From: Azolla caroliniana
Taxonomy: Eukaryota; Plantae; Polypodiophyta
Direction of reading: 5' to 3'
Length of the DNA stretch: 64,000 bases
NCBI GenBank assembly: GCA_043228905.1
Contig: JBHGNT010000003.1
Location: 8,184,001-8,248,000, forward strand
Positions 11,909 to 23,936 of the stretch are shown piece after piece. A program made the position numbers and the translations under genes. The notes below the pieces were generated by a model. That model saw only the letters and a program-made list of their open reading frames with translations. It searched no databases and was not told where the DNA came from. Every line of letters begins with the position of its first letter. Within the stretch, counting starts at the first letter, position 1.

Positions 11909-14670
11909 GTGATCCGGCGAGTGGCTGCGAAGTCACTTCGTTTGCAACAAAATTCCCATCCAGACAAAGGAAGCAGTTTAAGTAGTCTGAAGGAAGCGAA
12001 ATCCATCCTGCAAGCATTAGCAATGGGAGAAGGCGATTCAGAACCATTTTCGGCGTTTGAATCGGATTCGGACGGCGAGTACAACACACATTCGAATTAC
12101 CGTAGCAGTCACGACACCCCGGACGAACCAGAGGACGAGGAATCGGATAATATACCGACACCGAAACTGGCGATAACAGAACTTGAAGCTTCAGTAAGGC
12201 ATGAGGTGGATCAACCTTTGACACCGCCACACGATAATCCGAAGGAGGAGGAGGGAAGACCTTCGACGCCAAAAAAAGAGGAGGAAATACCTCCGACACC
12301 GCCTCCAACAGAAGAGGAGGAGAGACCTCCGTCACCACCAGCTCGAGTTCTGACACTGGACAACGATATGCTGTTCCAATATCCCAAGTACCGGGATGAT
12401 CCGGACGCGGAAGCCCATGTGTATGCATTTCTACAAACATGGGAAGCAAACCATGTGTGGCAACGCTTAAATGCCGCTGAAGCGGAACAATCGAAGATTG
12501 CAAAGTTTAACATGACTTTGGAAGGACTAGTCGTGCGATGGCGCATGTTGCACCTTCCCGGCATCATCACTATGTTTGAGGACTTGAAAACCAGATTTTT
12601 ACATTTCTTCCACAAGGAGGTGGATCAATGAGAGATGGTTGGCCTATTCTACACCATACGATAGGAACCTAGGGAAACCATTCAGCAATTCGTAATCCGG
12701 TTCCAACAGATGCACAACTAGCTAAGTAGGGCAGCACCGAAAGCGGAGGATAAAGCAATATTCCTAGCAGCCCTCCGGGAACCCCTGCGTACGGTGTGCA
12801 CAGTCATTGATTTCCATATCAGCATGATCGACTAGGTCATAGACCGGTTTAGGGAGATGAAGAAAACAAGCTCGTGACTAACAATGGGGGCACTCCAGCG
12901 TGGATTACTGACAGAAGAAGACCTACGTTTTCGGCAAGCTATACAATGTATGACTTGTCTCAATGCCAAGTAGTCTGCAATAGAATGTACCATGCGGTCA
13001 CAATGCATGTTATCCCACTCCAGGTCGCACACAATGGACCGATGCGAATATAACTTACTAAACCGACAAGCGGCACCGGTAAGACAAATCGATACCCTCA
13101 GTGACCGGGAATAGGAAGAAGAATGTTGGCACTGAGACGAGCGTTACCGGCCAGTACAGGATGTCCGGTACACCGACAGAAGGGACACTTATGACCAGGA
13201 CCGGTACGACAGGTATCGGGATTATAAGGGTGACCGTTCTGATTGCGATCACTCTCCAAGTTACAATCGGAGGAGAGAGGATCAGCGCGGGGATTACGAA
13301 GATCGCCGCCGACAGGGTTACAAGAACCACCGACGTTTTAATAAGAAAGGAAACATCCGGAAGGAGGAGCATTGAGAACCGGCGAAGGAATACCCATGAG
13401 AGCCGGAGAGAGGCTTGAGTGGCACCCAACCAGAACAAAGACAAACGGAAGAACCTAATCGACTGACAATAGGATTTCAACCAAGTACTGGGCCAAAAGC
13501 AGAATCCACGAATACCCGGAAAGTGTATTGTTATTATTGCCGGCAGGAAGGCCATTACAACAACCAATGCCCAGTGAAAAGTAACGAAAAACGACCGGCA
13601 GTCAATATGGTGGTAGCAGAGGTCGCGGATATACAACAAGTCACCACTAGGTCAAAAGGAAAGACGACGAAGTGGAAAACATAAGAAGCTATCCGGAAAC
13701 GGGCCACCGAATGGGTAGAGAGGGTGAATGAGGGGAATGCGGTTGAAGTCAAACAACAAAAGGAGGCACCGGCGGAGCTCACCGACACAATACAGAAAAC
13801 CCAACATGGCAGGCGTTACAGGAATGTCAAATGACGTTGCCATTAGGCCGGCTACTACAATTAGTACCCTGGTTCATGGATGGGCTGAAATTGGCAATAA
13901 CACCACCAGACTCGTCGCCGGCTCTGACTTTCTTTTCCAACCCAGAGGAAGGGTCGGCGGTGGTGGACACAAGCAGTCCGACAATCACTGCCATTGTCAA
14001 AGGACGCGAGCTACCAGGGACGATCGTTGATGGAGGATCGGGCGTCAATGTAATCAGCCTCCGTACTTGTGACACCTTGGGAATCCAGGAGTGGGAGCCT
14101 TGCCCATTTTGGCTCCGGATGGCAGATACGAGTTCGGTAAGACCCACCGGTTTAATACGAGATCTGGAGGTAACAATTGGAGGACATGCATTCCGCATTT
14201 CTGCGATGGTTCTCTAGTTAAATACCCAAGGGGCTTTAGCCACTATTGCTTGGACGACCATGGTTGAGGACGACGCACATTAAGCAAAACTGGTGAAAGA
14301 ACGTGATTACGTTCCATTGAGGCAAAACCAAAGTACGGGTACCAACACATCCACAAACTGGAACTGGCAAAGAGCTAACACCGTTATACGCTGAAAGTGT
14401 TAATATGCTAGAAGGGCTGGTCGACAAGGAAGTCGATCAATATCTCGAGGATAATTCAAAAATCGTACCCTTGTTCGAAATAGATGTGGTCGACGTAGTC
14501 TCTTCGTATATTGCACAACCAGAAGAGGCCGGGGAGGAACTAGATAGAGATGCCGTCAGAGAACTATGTCAAGCACAGGAGGCCCTGGAACGGGAAATGG
14601 TGGTATCTCAAAGGGTGAAGGCATCCTAGCTAGAAGAAGTAAACTTGGGAACTGGAGAGGAAGCAGACAA
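11909..14670 (+). pseudogene. G1 gag-protease, degenerate
   Basis: Capsid-like YPKYRDDPDAEAHV..F, Zn-knuckle CYYCRQEGHYNNQC, protease IVDGGSGVNVI; ends just before RT. Confidence 0.88.
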
Positions 14671-14671
14671 A

Positions 14672-15000
14672 GTAAGATAGATTCTATTAAGCACAGAACG
14701 GTAATTAACTAAGCCTTCAAAGATTAAACAAGATGTATAACAACAACACTTTCATTAATAAACCGCTATTTGATTACAATCTAACCGGGTCCTTTTATAG
14801 GTCATTGGCTCTAGGTACGAACTGGTGCCAATCGACAACCGGCCACGAACCGGTCCGGATCCGGATCGGCATACCGATTCCAGGTCTGTCCATTCGCTTC
14901 TCAAAATATAGTAATTATAGATAACAACTCCTGGTTCTAAAATAATTATCCCTTTCCCATTCTGGATTTTATCCGGCTTTTAAGTCTTTGCCGCTCAACA
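14672..15000 (-). repeat. 3' LTR of G1 family, inverted and truncated
   Basis: Reverse complement aligns to 11260-~11577 at roughly 94% plus an 11-bp indel (manual comparison). Confidence 0.9.
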
Positions 15001-15047
15001 CATGGCACGCCTGTGGGACAATACCTTGTACGTTGAATCCCACGGTT
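15001..15047 (+). promoter_or_regulatory. Inverted tRNA-PBS-like motif at the PPT position of G1
   Basis: LTR edge CAACA + CA + TGGCACGCCTGTGGGAC...TTGAATCCCAC; no purine tract adjoining the LTR. Confidence 0.75.
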
Positions 15048-15053
15048 TGCCCT

Positions 15054-17854
15054 TCAATCTTCCTCCAGAATGTCCAGAATGCTCTGGTCCAAGTGTTCTA
15101 AATGCTCATTAGGTAGCTGCTCCGTCGTCAGCTGTTGTTGTTGCTGCTCCTGGTCCTGTTGTTCTGGTCTCTCCGGTTCCACTGGTCTCGAGGCTTCCGG
15201 TTCTGGTTCTGTTGGTTTGGGTTCCTCCCGCTGATGGTTTCTGGTGTGCAGGTTTTCATCCTTTGGCTGCTCCTCTGGAGTTTTGTTCGGCTGGCTTCCC
15301 CCGGTTCCGACTTTATTCGGCGCTTGCTCTGAAGATTGCTCTTCGTCACTGATATTGATCGCCGCAGTTCTTCTGGCCACCTCTTGCCGTCACTATTCTA
15401 GTTCATACCACTCAAACTAGAGTTGTGTATCCAGCTAGTCGTCGTCCAGCTGTTCCACCAATCACCTCACCGCTGCCAATGGTTCCCCGGCTAATGATAG
15501 GAAGTCATCTGGCAATTCCTCCCTTATGGCTACAATGTTCTCCTCGTCCAATTTATAGAAATCATCGCCGTTCTTCCTCCAGTTCTCCGCATCCGCTTTC
15601 AACAATTGTAACTCCACTGCCTGTTGAGCCCATTTAGACCACCATTGAACCGAACTCTCTTCCACTAGTCTCTTCGTCCGGTTTCTCCATGTCAGCACCA
15701 ACTCACGGATTCGCCCCAGCCCCATCTTTGACTTACTCTCCCCGACCTATTTTTCGTCTTTCAATTGTTTGATAAGGCTTGCGGTTGCCGCTTCTTGGCT
15801 TTTGTAGTGCATGAGTTGTGTCTGATAGGTCGTTTGAACTTTGTTCAGAGCCATTGTAGTGTGTTTCGTTGCCTCAGAGTGCTGCCGGGTCAGCTCCATC
15901 CGTTCTTTCGTTGCTTTTGCTAGTCTTTTCGTTGCTTCAGCCCCCTTCGACTGTTCCTCCGCTAGGGCCGCCGTTGTCTGGTTAGCCTCATCTCGAAGTT
16001 CCCGTAACTTCTCCTACTGCCGGTCACTTTCGGTGATCAATTTCTTGTGTTCTGCATCCAAGTGTTTGTGATCCCGGTGTAGCCGATCAAAGTTTTCCGT
16101 TTTTTGTTTCAGCGTTTGATTGATCAGACGATGAGTACGGTCTTCCCGGTCCTTTTGTTGTCAGAGCTCTTCCTTGAGTCGCTCGATCTCTACTTCCGCT
16201 GAGTGCCAGAGTTTGTCCTTTTCCTGCAGGAGTGTTTCTTTCTCTCCTTCAGTCGGTCATGTGCTTGATAACCTTTCCGCAGGCTCTCTTCGGCTCGCCG
16301 GAAGCTTTCGGCTAATTTCTTTTGTTCTTCCTCCGTCGCCTTCTTCCCTTCACGTTCTCTAGCCCTCAAGGCCTCTTGGGCTTCCAAGTCTTCTTTCAGC
16401 GTGGTGAGTTCTTGTTCCTATGCCTTATTCGTATTCGGGACAGTTTCAGTCACCGGGGTCTCATTATTTTGAACACTCACCGGTGCCACCGGTTCTAATT
16501 GTTTTGGTCCTTTGATAACCAGCTTAGCCGCCTCTTCTCTGGTCTTTTCCATTTCTTGTTCCATGCTCTAGATTTTGGACTGAGCCTTCTCTACTTCTTC
16601 GGTTGTGGCGAGCAACCAGTCCACGTGTGCTCTTTCTTTTGCTTCTATGTGGCACACCACCCCGGTCACTTGTTCTCCTATCCACCGTAGCCATTGGCTG
16701 CCAATGCTTTGTTGATGTGCTGGTTCTGGTCGTGGTGTGGCTTCCTCACTTGCCGGGAACCTATTATGGGTGGTTAGTGGCAATTCCTGTTTTTGTTGTT
16801 GCTAATGCGTCGGCAACACCAGCAATTCAATCACCGGTTTTTGAACATCCGGTTCCACTATTTCTTCCCGCACAGGTGCTACTAACACCGGATCTGGTTG
16901 AACCGGTTCTGACTCCTTCCTTGGTTGCGGCTCCTCGGGGCGGAGCTTTGGTAAACTATCCCTTACCCGACTTGATTCCTCCCCTTTGTGGCCCTCGTCG
17001 CGTGTCTGTTTGTGACGTAATAGGGGCTCGGCAGGTTCTTCTTCCTGCTCCTCTGCTAGGGTTCCGCTATTGATTAACGCCGCCAAGGGGTCTTGCTCCT
17101 GTTGTTGTTCCGATTGTTGTTCGGGGCGGCGCAACTTAATTTTTAAGGGTCTCACTGGTGTTTCCACCGGTGTCTCCTTCTCTATCGTACGCTTCCGACT
17201 AGGCTACTCTTTCTCCTTCTTTGAGGAGCCGGCCGTTTTCCATCCGATTGCTTGTTTAGCCAAGAGTTGCTGCCTTTTTCAAGATTGGTTGGGGGTTGAT
17301 TCAGTCGGTCTCCCCCGCTTCTTCGGTTGTATCGGCTCTACCGGCGGCGCTAAAAGAGTGAGCCATTGCACCACCGCCTTCCACATCTTCTTGCCATCCT
17401 TTACTGAGTCTATGGCTGCACTCAGACTATCAGTGATGATCACCGACCAATCCACATGTACTCCCTCATAAGTCGCTATAATAAAACCGGCTCTGTTCTT
17501 TGGCATAGCCGGGGGTCGAGGGTGTACATGCCCATACTCATGAAGCACACGAGCGACTTCTCGGAATAGAGCGTCCTCACCACCTTGCGTGCGGTATGCC
17601 TTGCTAGCCAGGGAGTACTCACCGAAGAACTTTGTGAGCATCTCCGGTGAAGGGTTGTCGATCGAGAATAATCCGCCCTCCGGTAAGCCGGTCATGGCGC
17701 AAATGGCCTCTTTTGTGATGACCTCCGTATCGATCTCCTGCACAACTTTCTCCGCCTCATCATGCGGAGGTGCCTCGATGATTCTTAGGAACCCTTCCAA
17801 CCCGTGTTGCTTGAACCATTTCTTGGCCACTTCCAAGAGTGCCATGTGTTCCAT
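15054..17854 (-). pseudogene. Extra post-integrase ORF of G1 (N-terminal globular domain, low-complexity linker, coiled coil), unknown function
   Basis: Pieces 17279-17854, 16802-17167, 16568-16783, 16190-16387, 15462-15725, 15054-15380; homologous to G2 51026-54060. Confidence 0.8.
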
Positions 17855-18249
17855 ATCGTCGTCTGAGTCTGTGGGACTTGGTAGAACTGGACGTTAGTGC
17901 GTTCGTCTGATCACTCTTAATCGCCTATGTGCGCTTAGTGCTCCGTTCTCGCGAAATAAGAGGGACTCTACGAGGTGGAGGTTTCGTCTCTCCATGCTTG
18001 GCGCCTTTTCTCGATTCCTGCGCAGGCACGTCGTGTAATATTATAGCAGTCGGTTGACACATGGTGTGCTTTTAAATAGGCTTTAATTAGCCACCAACCA
18101 CATACCTTTTCAAAGTGCCAGTTCGCTCCTCACCTATGCATGATGATTATTTTATTATTATTTTATTTTATTTTAATAATTAAGCATTAGTCCCGGTTGT
18201 TTGGTAACACCGACTCCTCTTGGTTGCCGGCCAATTGCTTGCCGCTTTC

Positions 18250-19215
18250 GGTTACCGCATCGGTCTCAACCTGATGGAATGGGTTTGGTGGCATGGGCCC
18301 GTAATAGGGTTTAAGTCGGAACCCATTTACCCATTTGTCCAGTACTTCGCCGGCAAGCATGCCTAACTAGTAAGAACCGTTGAATTCTCGCGTGATCCAG
18401 TATGGTTCGGTCCACCGGAACCGTAGCTTGCCCGACATCTTACCCATCCGGGTCTGAAACACGAGCACCGGCTTGCCGATTCCAAACAATTTCTCATTTC
18501 CCTTCCGATGTCGGTAGACGAATGCCTTCCTTCGTCGCTGCTCTAGTTCCAATTGCATGATACTCACTATCCGATGCTCTTCCAGCTCACATAGTGCAGC
18601 CAATCGGATTTTCTCTGATTCCTTTTCACTTAGTCGCTCTCGGACCTATATCCGTAAGCTCGGTACTTGAAATTCAATCGGCATCATTTCTTCTAGTTTG
18701 AATGCTAACTGGAATGGTGTCGTCCTGATGCTCGTTTTATACGCCGTCCGGTAAGCCCATAATGCAGTGTGCAACTTCGTGTCCCAATCGGTTTGGTTCT
18801 CATTGACGATCTTCCGGAGGATGTTCTGTAGTGTCTTGTTGGTGGACTCGGCCAGTCCATTGGCATGCGGGTAGTACGGAGTGCGACGCTTGTGTACTAC
18901 CGTGTAGAACGTTGTTAGGCTATCCACTACTTGACTGAGGAAGTGTCCACCTTGGTTGCTAATTAATTCAATGGGACATCCGTAACGGCACCAGATGTAC
19001 TCGTAAAGGAACTTCACCGTTGATGCCGCGGTATTGTCTCGCAAAGCCTTGGCCTCTACCCATTTGGTGCAATAATCCGTAGTGACAATGACATATCTGT
19101 TGCCGGTTCGCATGGCTGGCAGCTTGAATGGTTCGACGAAGTCCAACCCCCATTTTTGAAATGGTTCCAAGGGTAGTATTGGCTGGTGAGGCATCCGCGC
19201 CTGTTTTGTCGGTTC
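18250..19215 (-). pseudogene. G1 integrase
   Basis: PFQKWGLDF, TDYCTKWVEA, PYYPHANGLAESTNK, WDTKLHTALWAYRT, KLRFRWTEPY. Confidence 0.92.
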
Positions 19216-21499
19216 ACGAACTTCGTCATGGGTCCAAAAGCACGTTGTGTGTATGTGTGTTCTTCCTTTAATTTTGTGTGAGTTGTCGTGGTCGATCACA
19301 TCCATTTCTTTTAGGTGGATGAGTTTTTAAATTTAGGTATTGTAGCCTCCAAAATTTTAAACTAATGACAATGCCCTTTGGTTTTGAAAATTCTATTATA
19401 TACCCTCGAGGTTTTAAAATTTCATTCAGTACCCTCGGGGTTTCGGTATTTGTTACATGCACCTTTTTTTTTCTTTTTCCCTTTCCTTTTGTGGTTTCTT
19501 CTAGTTTTTTTTCTTCCTTCTTCCTGTTGGTCTATATCTTTCTCCTGTTTCCTCCTCTTTTTGTCTCTCTCTGTGTTTTCTATTTCTTCTTCCCTTCTCT
19601 CTTTCTTTCCTTCATCTCCGTTTTCTGTTTCTTCTTCCCTTCTCTCTTTCTTTCCTTCTAAGGCTTCTATCTTATTTTCTGCTTGTTCTTTCTTCTTTTC
19701 TGATTTTGCTTCATCTTTCTCTTCTTTTTATCTTCATCCTCTTTTCTCGTTTTTCTTCCTTCTTTCACCACCGCTATGTCCATTGTCTGTGGTTCTCATG
19801 CTCTGTTTTTGTGTGTCGTTGTGTCTGTACGGCTTCTCTATTCATCTCCGTCTCTAGCTCGGTCTCTGTTTTTGTTTTTGTTTCCGTCTCTGGCTCCGTC
19901 GCCGTTGCCATCGATGTCCTTCGATGTTCAAACGTGGCTGTCCGGCCGCCGCTTTCCGTTGTTGTTCTGCCATCATTTGGCATTGTTGCCGTCTCTGTCC
20001 GGCTGTCTCTATTCTTTACGACCGGATGACGTTTGATTGCTGATGTGGTTGTTGCTGTCCGGACATTCCGGTTCTCTGGCTCCTGTTCGGCCGCTCCAAC
20101 TACTATCCAGCCACATCGATCGCTCTGACTCCGTCCGGTCCGTCTGTTCGGTTGTTCGGCTGTCCGGCACGTCGTTTCAACGTCATCATCGTTTCGGCTG
20201 TCGGCTCTCTAGCCATTCCCGTCACTTTTCGGCGTGGTGTTGCCGTTCTAGTTGCTGTCCAGCCACTTCTTGGGCCGCTCCGGTTGTCTGTTCGGTCGCT
20301 GATTTTTGTCACCGCTTGTTGTCCGTGTCTGACCCTATCTTTCTGGTCCTCCGTTTATTCTTCTGTCCGTTCATTTGTCTGGCCCGTCCGGTCCAACCAC
20401 CTTTGCTTTGGCACCGTTCTGCCACTCCGAACGCTATTCGGTCACTCTCCTCCTGGCTCTTTTCTAACACTGTCATTCGTCTTCCCATCCATCCGTTTGT
20501 CCGGTCCGGACCGTTTTAGTCCGTCTGGTTGTTCTTACTAGGCTGTTTTTGGTCGTTTGTCCGGCCGCTGCTGCTTTGGCCGATGATCTATCGTCTTCCG
20601 TCATTCTGGCCGTTTCCGGCCCCATTGTCCTTCTGCTCCAACCTTTGTAAGTATCTGTTGCTTTTGTCGGCCTTCCATCTTCGTCACAGTTTCGGTCGTC
20701 CTCCGGTTGTCGGTGTCCTGTATCGTCGCCATCTGGATGTCGTTGTTGTCTTGCCGTCCCCGTCTGCATCTCTATCTCCGTCTTCTTCGGCCCTTCGGTG
20801 TTAATTGACTCAGGTTCTGGTTCCGATTCCGGTTCTGATTTTGTCCACGTTTCTTCTTTTGGAACCATATCTTGTGCATTCTCAACACATCCTGCCGGCA
20901 TCCACTCCACACAGTGCTTCTTCTTCCGCAGTCTCTTGGTGGGCTTCTCTTTCCGGTCGTGCTGGCACCGGTTCCCTCTGCGTCGCTGTTTGTCCAGTTG
21001 TGCATCTTGCACCACGCTTTTGAAAACACACACATTGTCGCTAACCGCTTTCGGAAACACGCTTGAACATACGTCTGTTGCGTATCCTTTTGCGACGTCC
21101 TCTTGCACAACATCACCGTGTTGCATTCCTCGACCTTGATGGATTCCAATCAACATCACCATTTCCCACATATCATCCATTTGATTTCTCACACATTTCG
21201 TCATTGTCATGTCTTTGCCATGTAGTTGTCTTCAACTTCGTCTCCAAAGGGGGTCGCCTTAGTGGTTGCCAAAAAGTCTTAATGGTTTTGGGTTAGGGTT
21301 AATATATTATTATGATGATTATTGATGATGATGATAGACATGGCATAATGGTGAAGATGATGAATGGTATGATGGTGAGAGAGAACATGAAGAACAAGAC
21401 AAGCATTGAGAAGCATTATGGGGTGGGGGGTGGTGCCTAGAATGGCTCCACCCCCCCCCTCCCAAGGGGGTTCAACGTTAAGGGGGAAGAGAGAGAGAG

Positions 21500-23659
21500 G
21501 AAGAAAGAAAGAAAGATATATTAACGTCTTCTAAGGCCAAATTTGGCCCATGAGACAATTGGTTTACAATAAAAGAGTATTTATCCAGTCATCATAACTA
21601 AAATAAAATTAAGTGAAAAATAGAACTTAAACTAAAAGAGTTCTAGTAGTGTACAATACGTAGTATACTCGAAAGTGACTATACACTAAGCCTAATTTTA
21701 TTTCCACCCAAGCCTCTTGAAAAGAAGTGGGGGGTCAAAGGGTCTTGATGTGGGTGTGACCCGTGGTTCCAATGTAGAGAGTGCCCTAGCCATGGCTTCT
21801 AGGCGGTGTAGCTCACGTTCCCTTATTTTCAATATTGCTTCCACATCACGTTGAGTTGCTTTGAAACCCGACACCCGAGGACGTTTGGTTCTTCTCTGGT
21901 TTTCTACCTCATCAATGGAAAGGCTGAGTGGTGCAAGTGTGTCGACATTCGTTGTCTCCCCCTGTTCCTGAAAAACTTCATTTGTTACATGTTCGTGATC
22001 ATTAACAACATTATCGTCAACATTTTGTAACTTTTTCTCTCTGTGTTGTTTTAGCTCTAGAATGTATTTGCCTAATTTCTTTATATCTAGAGTATCTAAT
22101 AGTTTGGGGAGGGTGGGAGACGAACCAAGTATGTCTTGGTATTTTGCCCTTATCTCGGCATAGGTTGGACACTTGCATGTAAAGTGGTACTCATCCTCTA
22201 TCTCTATGTGACATAACCTACATATCCTTTCCTCCCTAGGGACTCCACTAGTACGACCATTCTCAATCTCAAGTTGGTGAGATGATATTCTAAGTTGTCC
22301 AATGGCAACCCTTAGTGCATGTGGTAAGAATACATCTAGATATTTTGGCCGCATGATAAAACCTAACTCAGAGAAGTGCATGAAGTGTTTCTTATAGTAC
22401 AACATTTTAGATGGGAGTGGCTCTAGTGGGGTGATCCATTTACACCGAGTGTAAATTTGCCATATTTCTTGGCGTATTACTTTATTGCGGTCCTCATGAG
22501 AGATTAAAGTGTTATCACTCGTGTGGTTGTACCTAAGGGGAGGTAGGTTATTAATGTCTAGACCATTCGCAAGAAGCCAACTCATCATCATGCCATACCA
22601 TGAGCTAGTATAGCCGGACTCATACAATGATCGAGAGGCCTTAAAGGCTTGATGAGATATTCTATCATGTGGTTGGCTATGTATCTTGTGAATGAAGACT
22701 ACAAGTTGAAAAAGTGCCTCTACTAACATTGGGGGTAACGTGAACTCAGCCCTAATAATGTCATGTGGTATAGTCGATTTGCTTCGGAGTTGGCGTGATA
22801 GCATCATCACCAATGGTCTCTCTAATTGCATCCACATGAAAGATGGTAATCTTGGAGCCCAAACCGCTGATGCATACATGAGGGAGGGGGTCACTAATGA
22901 GTCAAAGAGCCACCCTTTAGTCCATGGCTCTTGAAAGTGTGCTTGGTGGCATTGTCTCTCTAGGAGTGAGAGGGATGCATGTCCTCTCGTGAGTCTATCC
23001 TTTGCTGCTTGTGTCATCGAAAATTTACCTGAGTGGGCACTTAAAGTGACTCCGAGATAGACGTATGATCCAACCACCTTGACTGGGCTATGGGAGATAG
23101 TTAGGTGACACTTAGCTCCAACTTGGGCCGATGTGTGGAAGATAAGGACTTTTGTTTTCCCTAGATTCACTACCAATCCTCGTTGTACACAAAAGTCATC
23201 TAAGGCATTAAGGTGCCTTTGTAGGTCGTGTTCGGATTCAGAGAGCAAAACTATGTCATCAGCATAGAGCAAGATGCGAACCTGCGTATCCCCAAGGACC
23301 ACTCCGGTGCCTCCCTCACGAGCAATAAAATCTGTGATCTCATCAATGTAGATCCCAAAAAGCGTCGGTGATAGGGGGCAACCTTGTTTTACACCAATAG
23401 TGCTAGTGAAACGATTAGATAGGCCACCTGGGCATCGGACACACCCGAACACTTGTTCATATAGTGCGTAGATGGCCCATACCATATCATTTGGTATCCT
23501 CAAGCTTTTAATTCTATCAAACAACCACTCTCTAGGGACTGTGTCAAAGGCTTTGCGGAAGTCCACAAAACAACAATATAATTTCTTCTTGCGAGCCTTA
23601 GTTTGGTCAATTAGGCATCTAAGTGTAAAGATATGATCAATAGTGGAGAAGGTTTGTCA

Positions 23660-23661
<2 letters not shown>
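21500..23661 (-). mobile_element. 5'-truncated non-LTR retrotransposon (LINE, RTEX-like) with (CTTT)n tail, inserted in (GA)n
   Basis: RT motifs DFRKAFD, GVKQGCPLSPTLF, LLYADDI, YVYLG; C-terminal CRLC..EDEYHF..C; flanked by AG repeats. Confidence 0.9.
21698..23566 (-). CDS. LINE ORF2 C-terminal part (RT + CCHC zinc knuckle), open for >620 codons but lacking endonuclease
   Basis: ORF track 622 aa; frame extends upstream (TIDHIFTLRCLI..YCCFVDF) to the truncation. Confidence 0.85.
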   Translation of the reverse strand: MDFRKAFDTVPREWLFDRIKSLRIPNDMVWAIYALYEQVFGCVRCPGGLSNRFTSTIGVKQGCPLSPTLFGIYIDEITDFIAREGGTGVVLGDTQVRILLYADDIVLLSESEHDLQRHLNALDDFCVQRGLVVNLGKTKVLIFHTSAQVGAKCHLTISHSPVKVVGSYVYLGVTLSAHSGKFSMTQAAKDRLTRGHASLSLLERQCHQAHFQEPWTKGWLFDSLVTPSLMYASAVWAPRLPSFMWMQLERPLVMMLSRQLRSKSTIPHDIIRAEFTLPPMLVEALFQLVVFIHKIHSQPHDRISHQAFKASRSLYESGYTSSWYGMMMSWLLANGLDINNLPPLRYNHTSDNTLISHEDRNKVIRQEIWQIYTRCKWITPLEPLPSKMLYYKKHFMHFSELGFIMRPKYLDVFLPHALRVAIGQLRISSHQLEIENGRTSGVPREERICRLCHIEIEDEYHFTCKCPTYAEIRAKYQDILGSSPTLPKLLDTLDIKKLGKYILELKQHREKKLQNVDDNVVNDHEHVTNEVFQEQGETTNVDTLAPLSLSIDEVENQRRTKRPRVSGFKATQRDVEAILKIRERELHRLEAMARALSTLEPRVTPTSRPFDPPLLFKRLGWK

Positions 23662-23690
<29 letters not shown>
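23662..23690. repeat. (AG)n microsatellite
   Basis: Visible pure AG run. Confidence 0.95.
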
Positions 23691-23693
<3 letters not shown>

Positions 23694-23936
23694 GATCATT
23701 GTCTTCATTCCTTCCTCATAAGGGGTTAAATAGGTACAAAAGGGCAGATACATAGGGGTGCAAGTTCCCTTGGGCATTCACACCTAGTCACTCACTCACA
23801 CCTCTTTGTATCCACCACACTCACACTTACATTCACACTCATAATCATATAACATGACACATACATATCAACACATTACATCTTTCACCCTCACTTATCA
23901 CACTTATCAATCACCCGTACATCTAATACAGTAACA

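Larger units (their letters stand above)
19216..23930 (-). mobile_element. Putative non-autonomous (LARD-like) LTR element, 3' end lost
   Basis: LTR-like 21277-23930 (TGTATTA start; split by LINE), PBS-like TGGCAACCAC at 21262-21271, low-complexity interior lacking gag/pol motifs. Confidence 0.55.
11260..23936 (+). mobile_element. Non-chromovirus Ty3/gypsy element G1, rearranged (5' half +, 3' half inverted, RT/RH missing, nested insert)
   Basis: Bounded by ATGCC/ATGTC near-TSD; 5' LTR, PBS, gag, protease on +; integrase, extra ORF and same-family LTR on -; terminal GTAACA at 23931-23936 equals the LTR end. Confidence 0.72.

Noticed and set aside
15051-15068. Purine-rich sense stretch (GGAGGAAGATTGAAGGG) as the G1 PPT
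   Set aside because: About 50 nt from the LTR edge, encodes the ORF's EED* end, and is not at the same position in G2.
19365-20029. Phe/Ser/Leu-rich ORFs as membrane proteins
   Set aside because: Translation of a pyrimidine-rich low-complexity tract.
21286-21300. TTTTGGGTTAGGGTT as interstitial telomere
   Set aside because: Only one or two imperfect units, near an LTR end.
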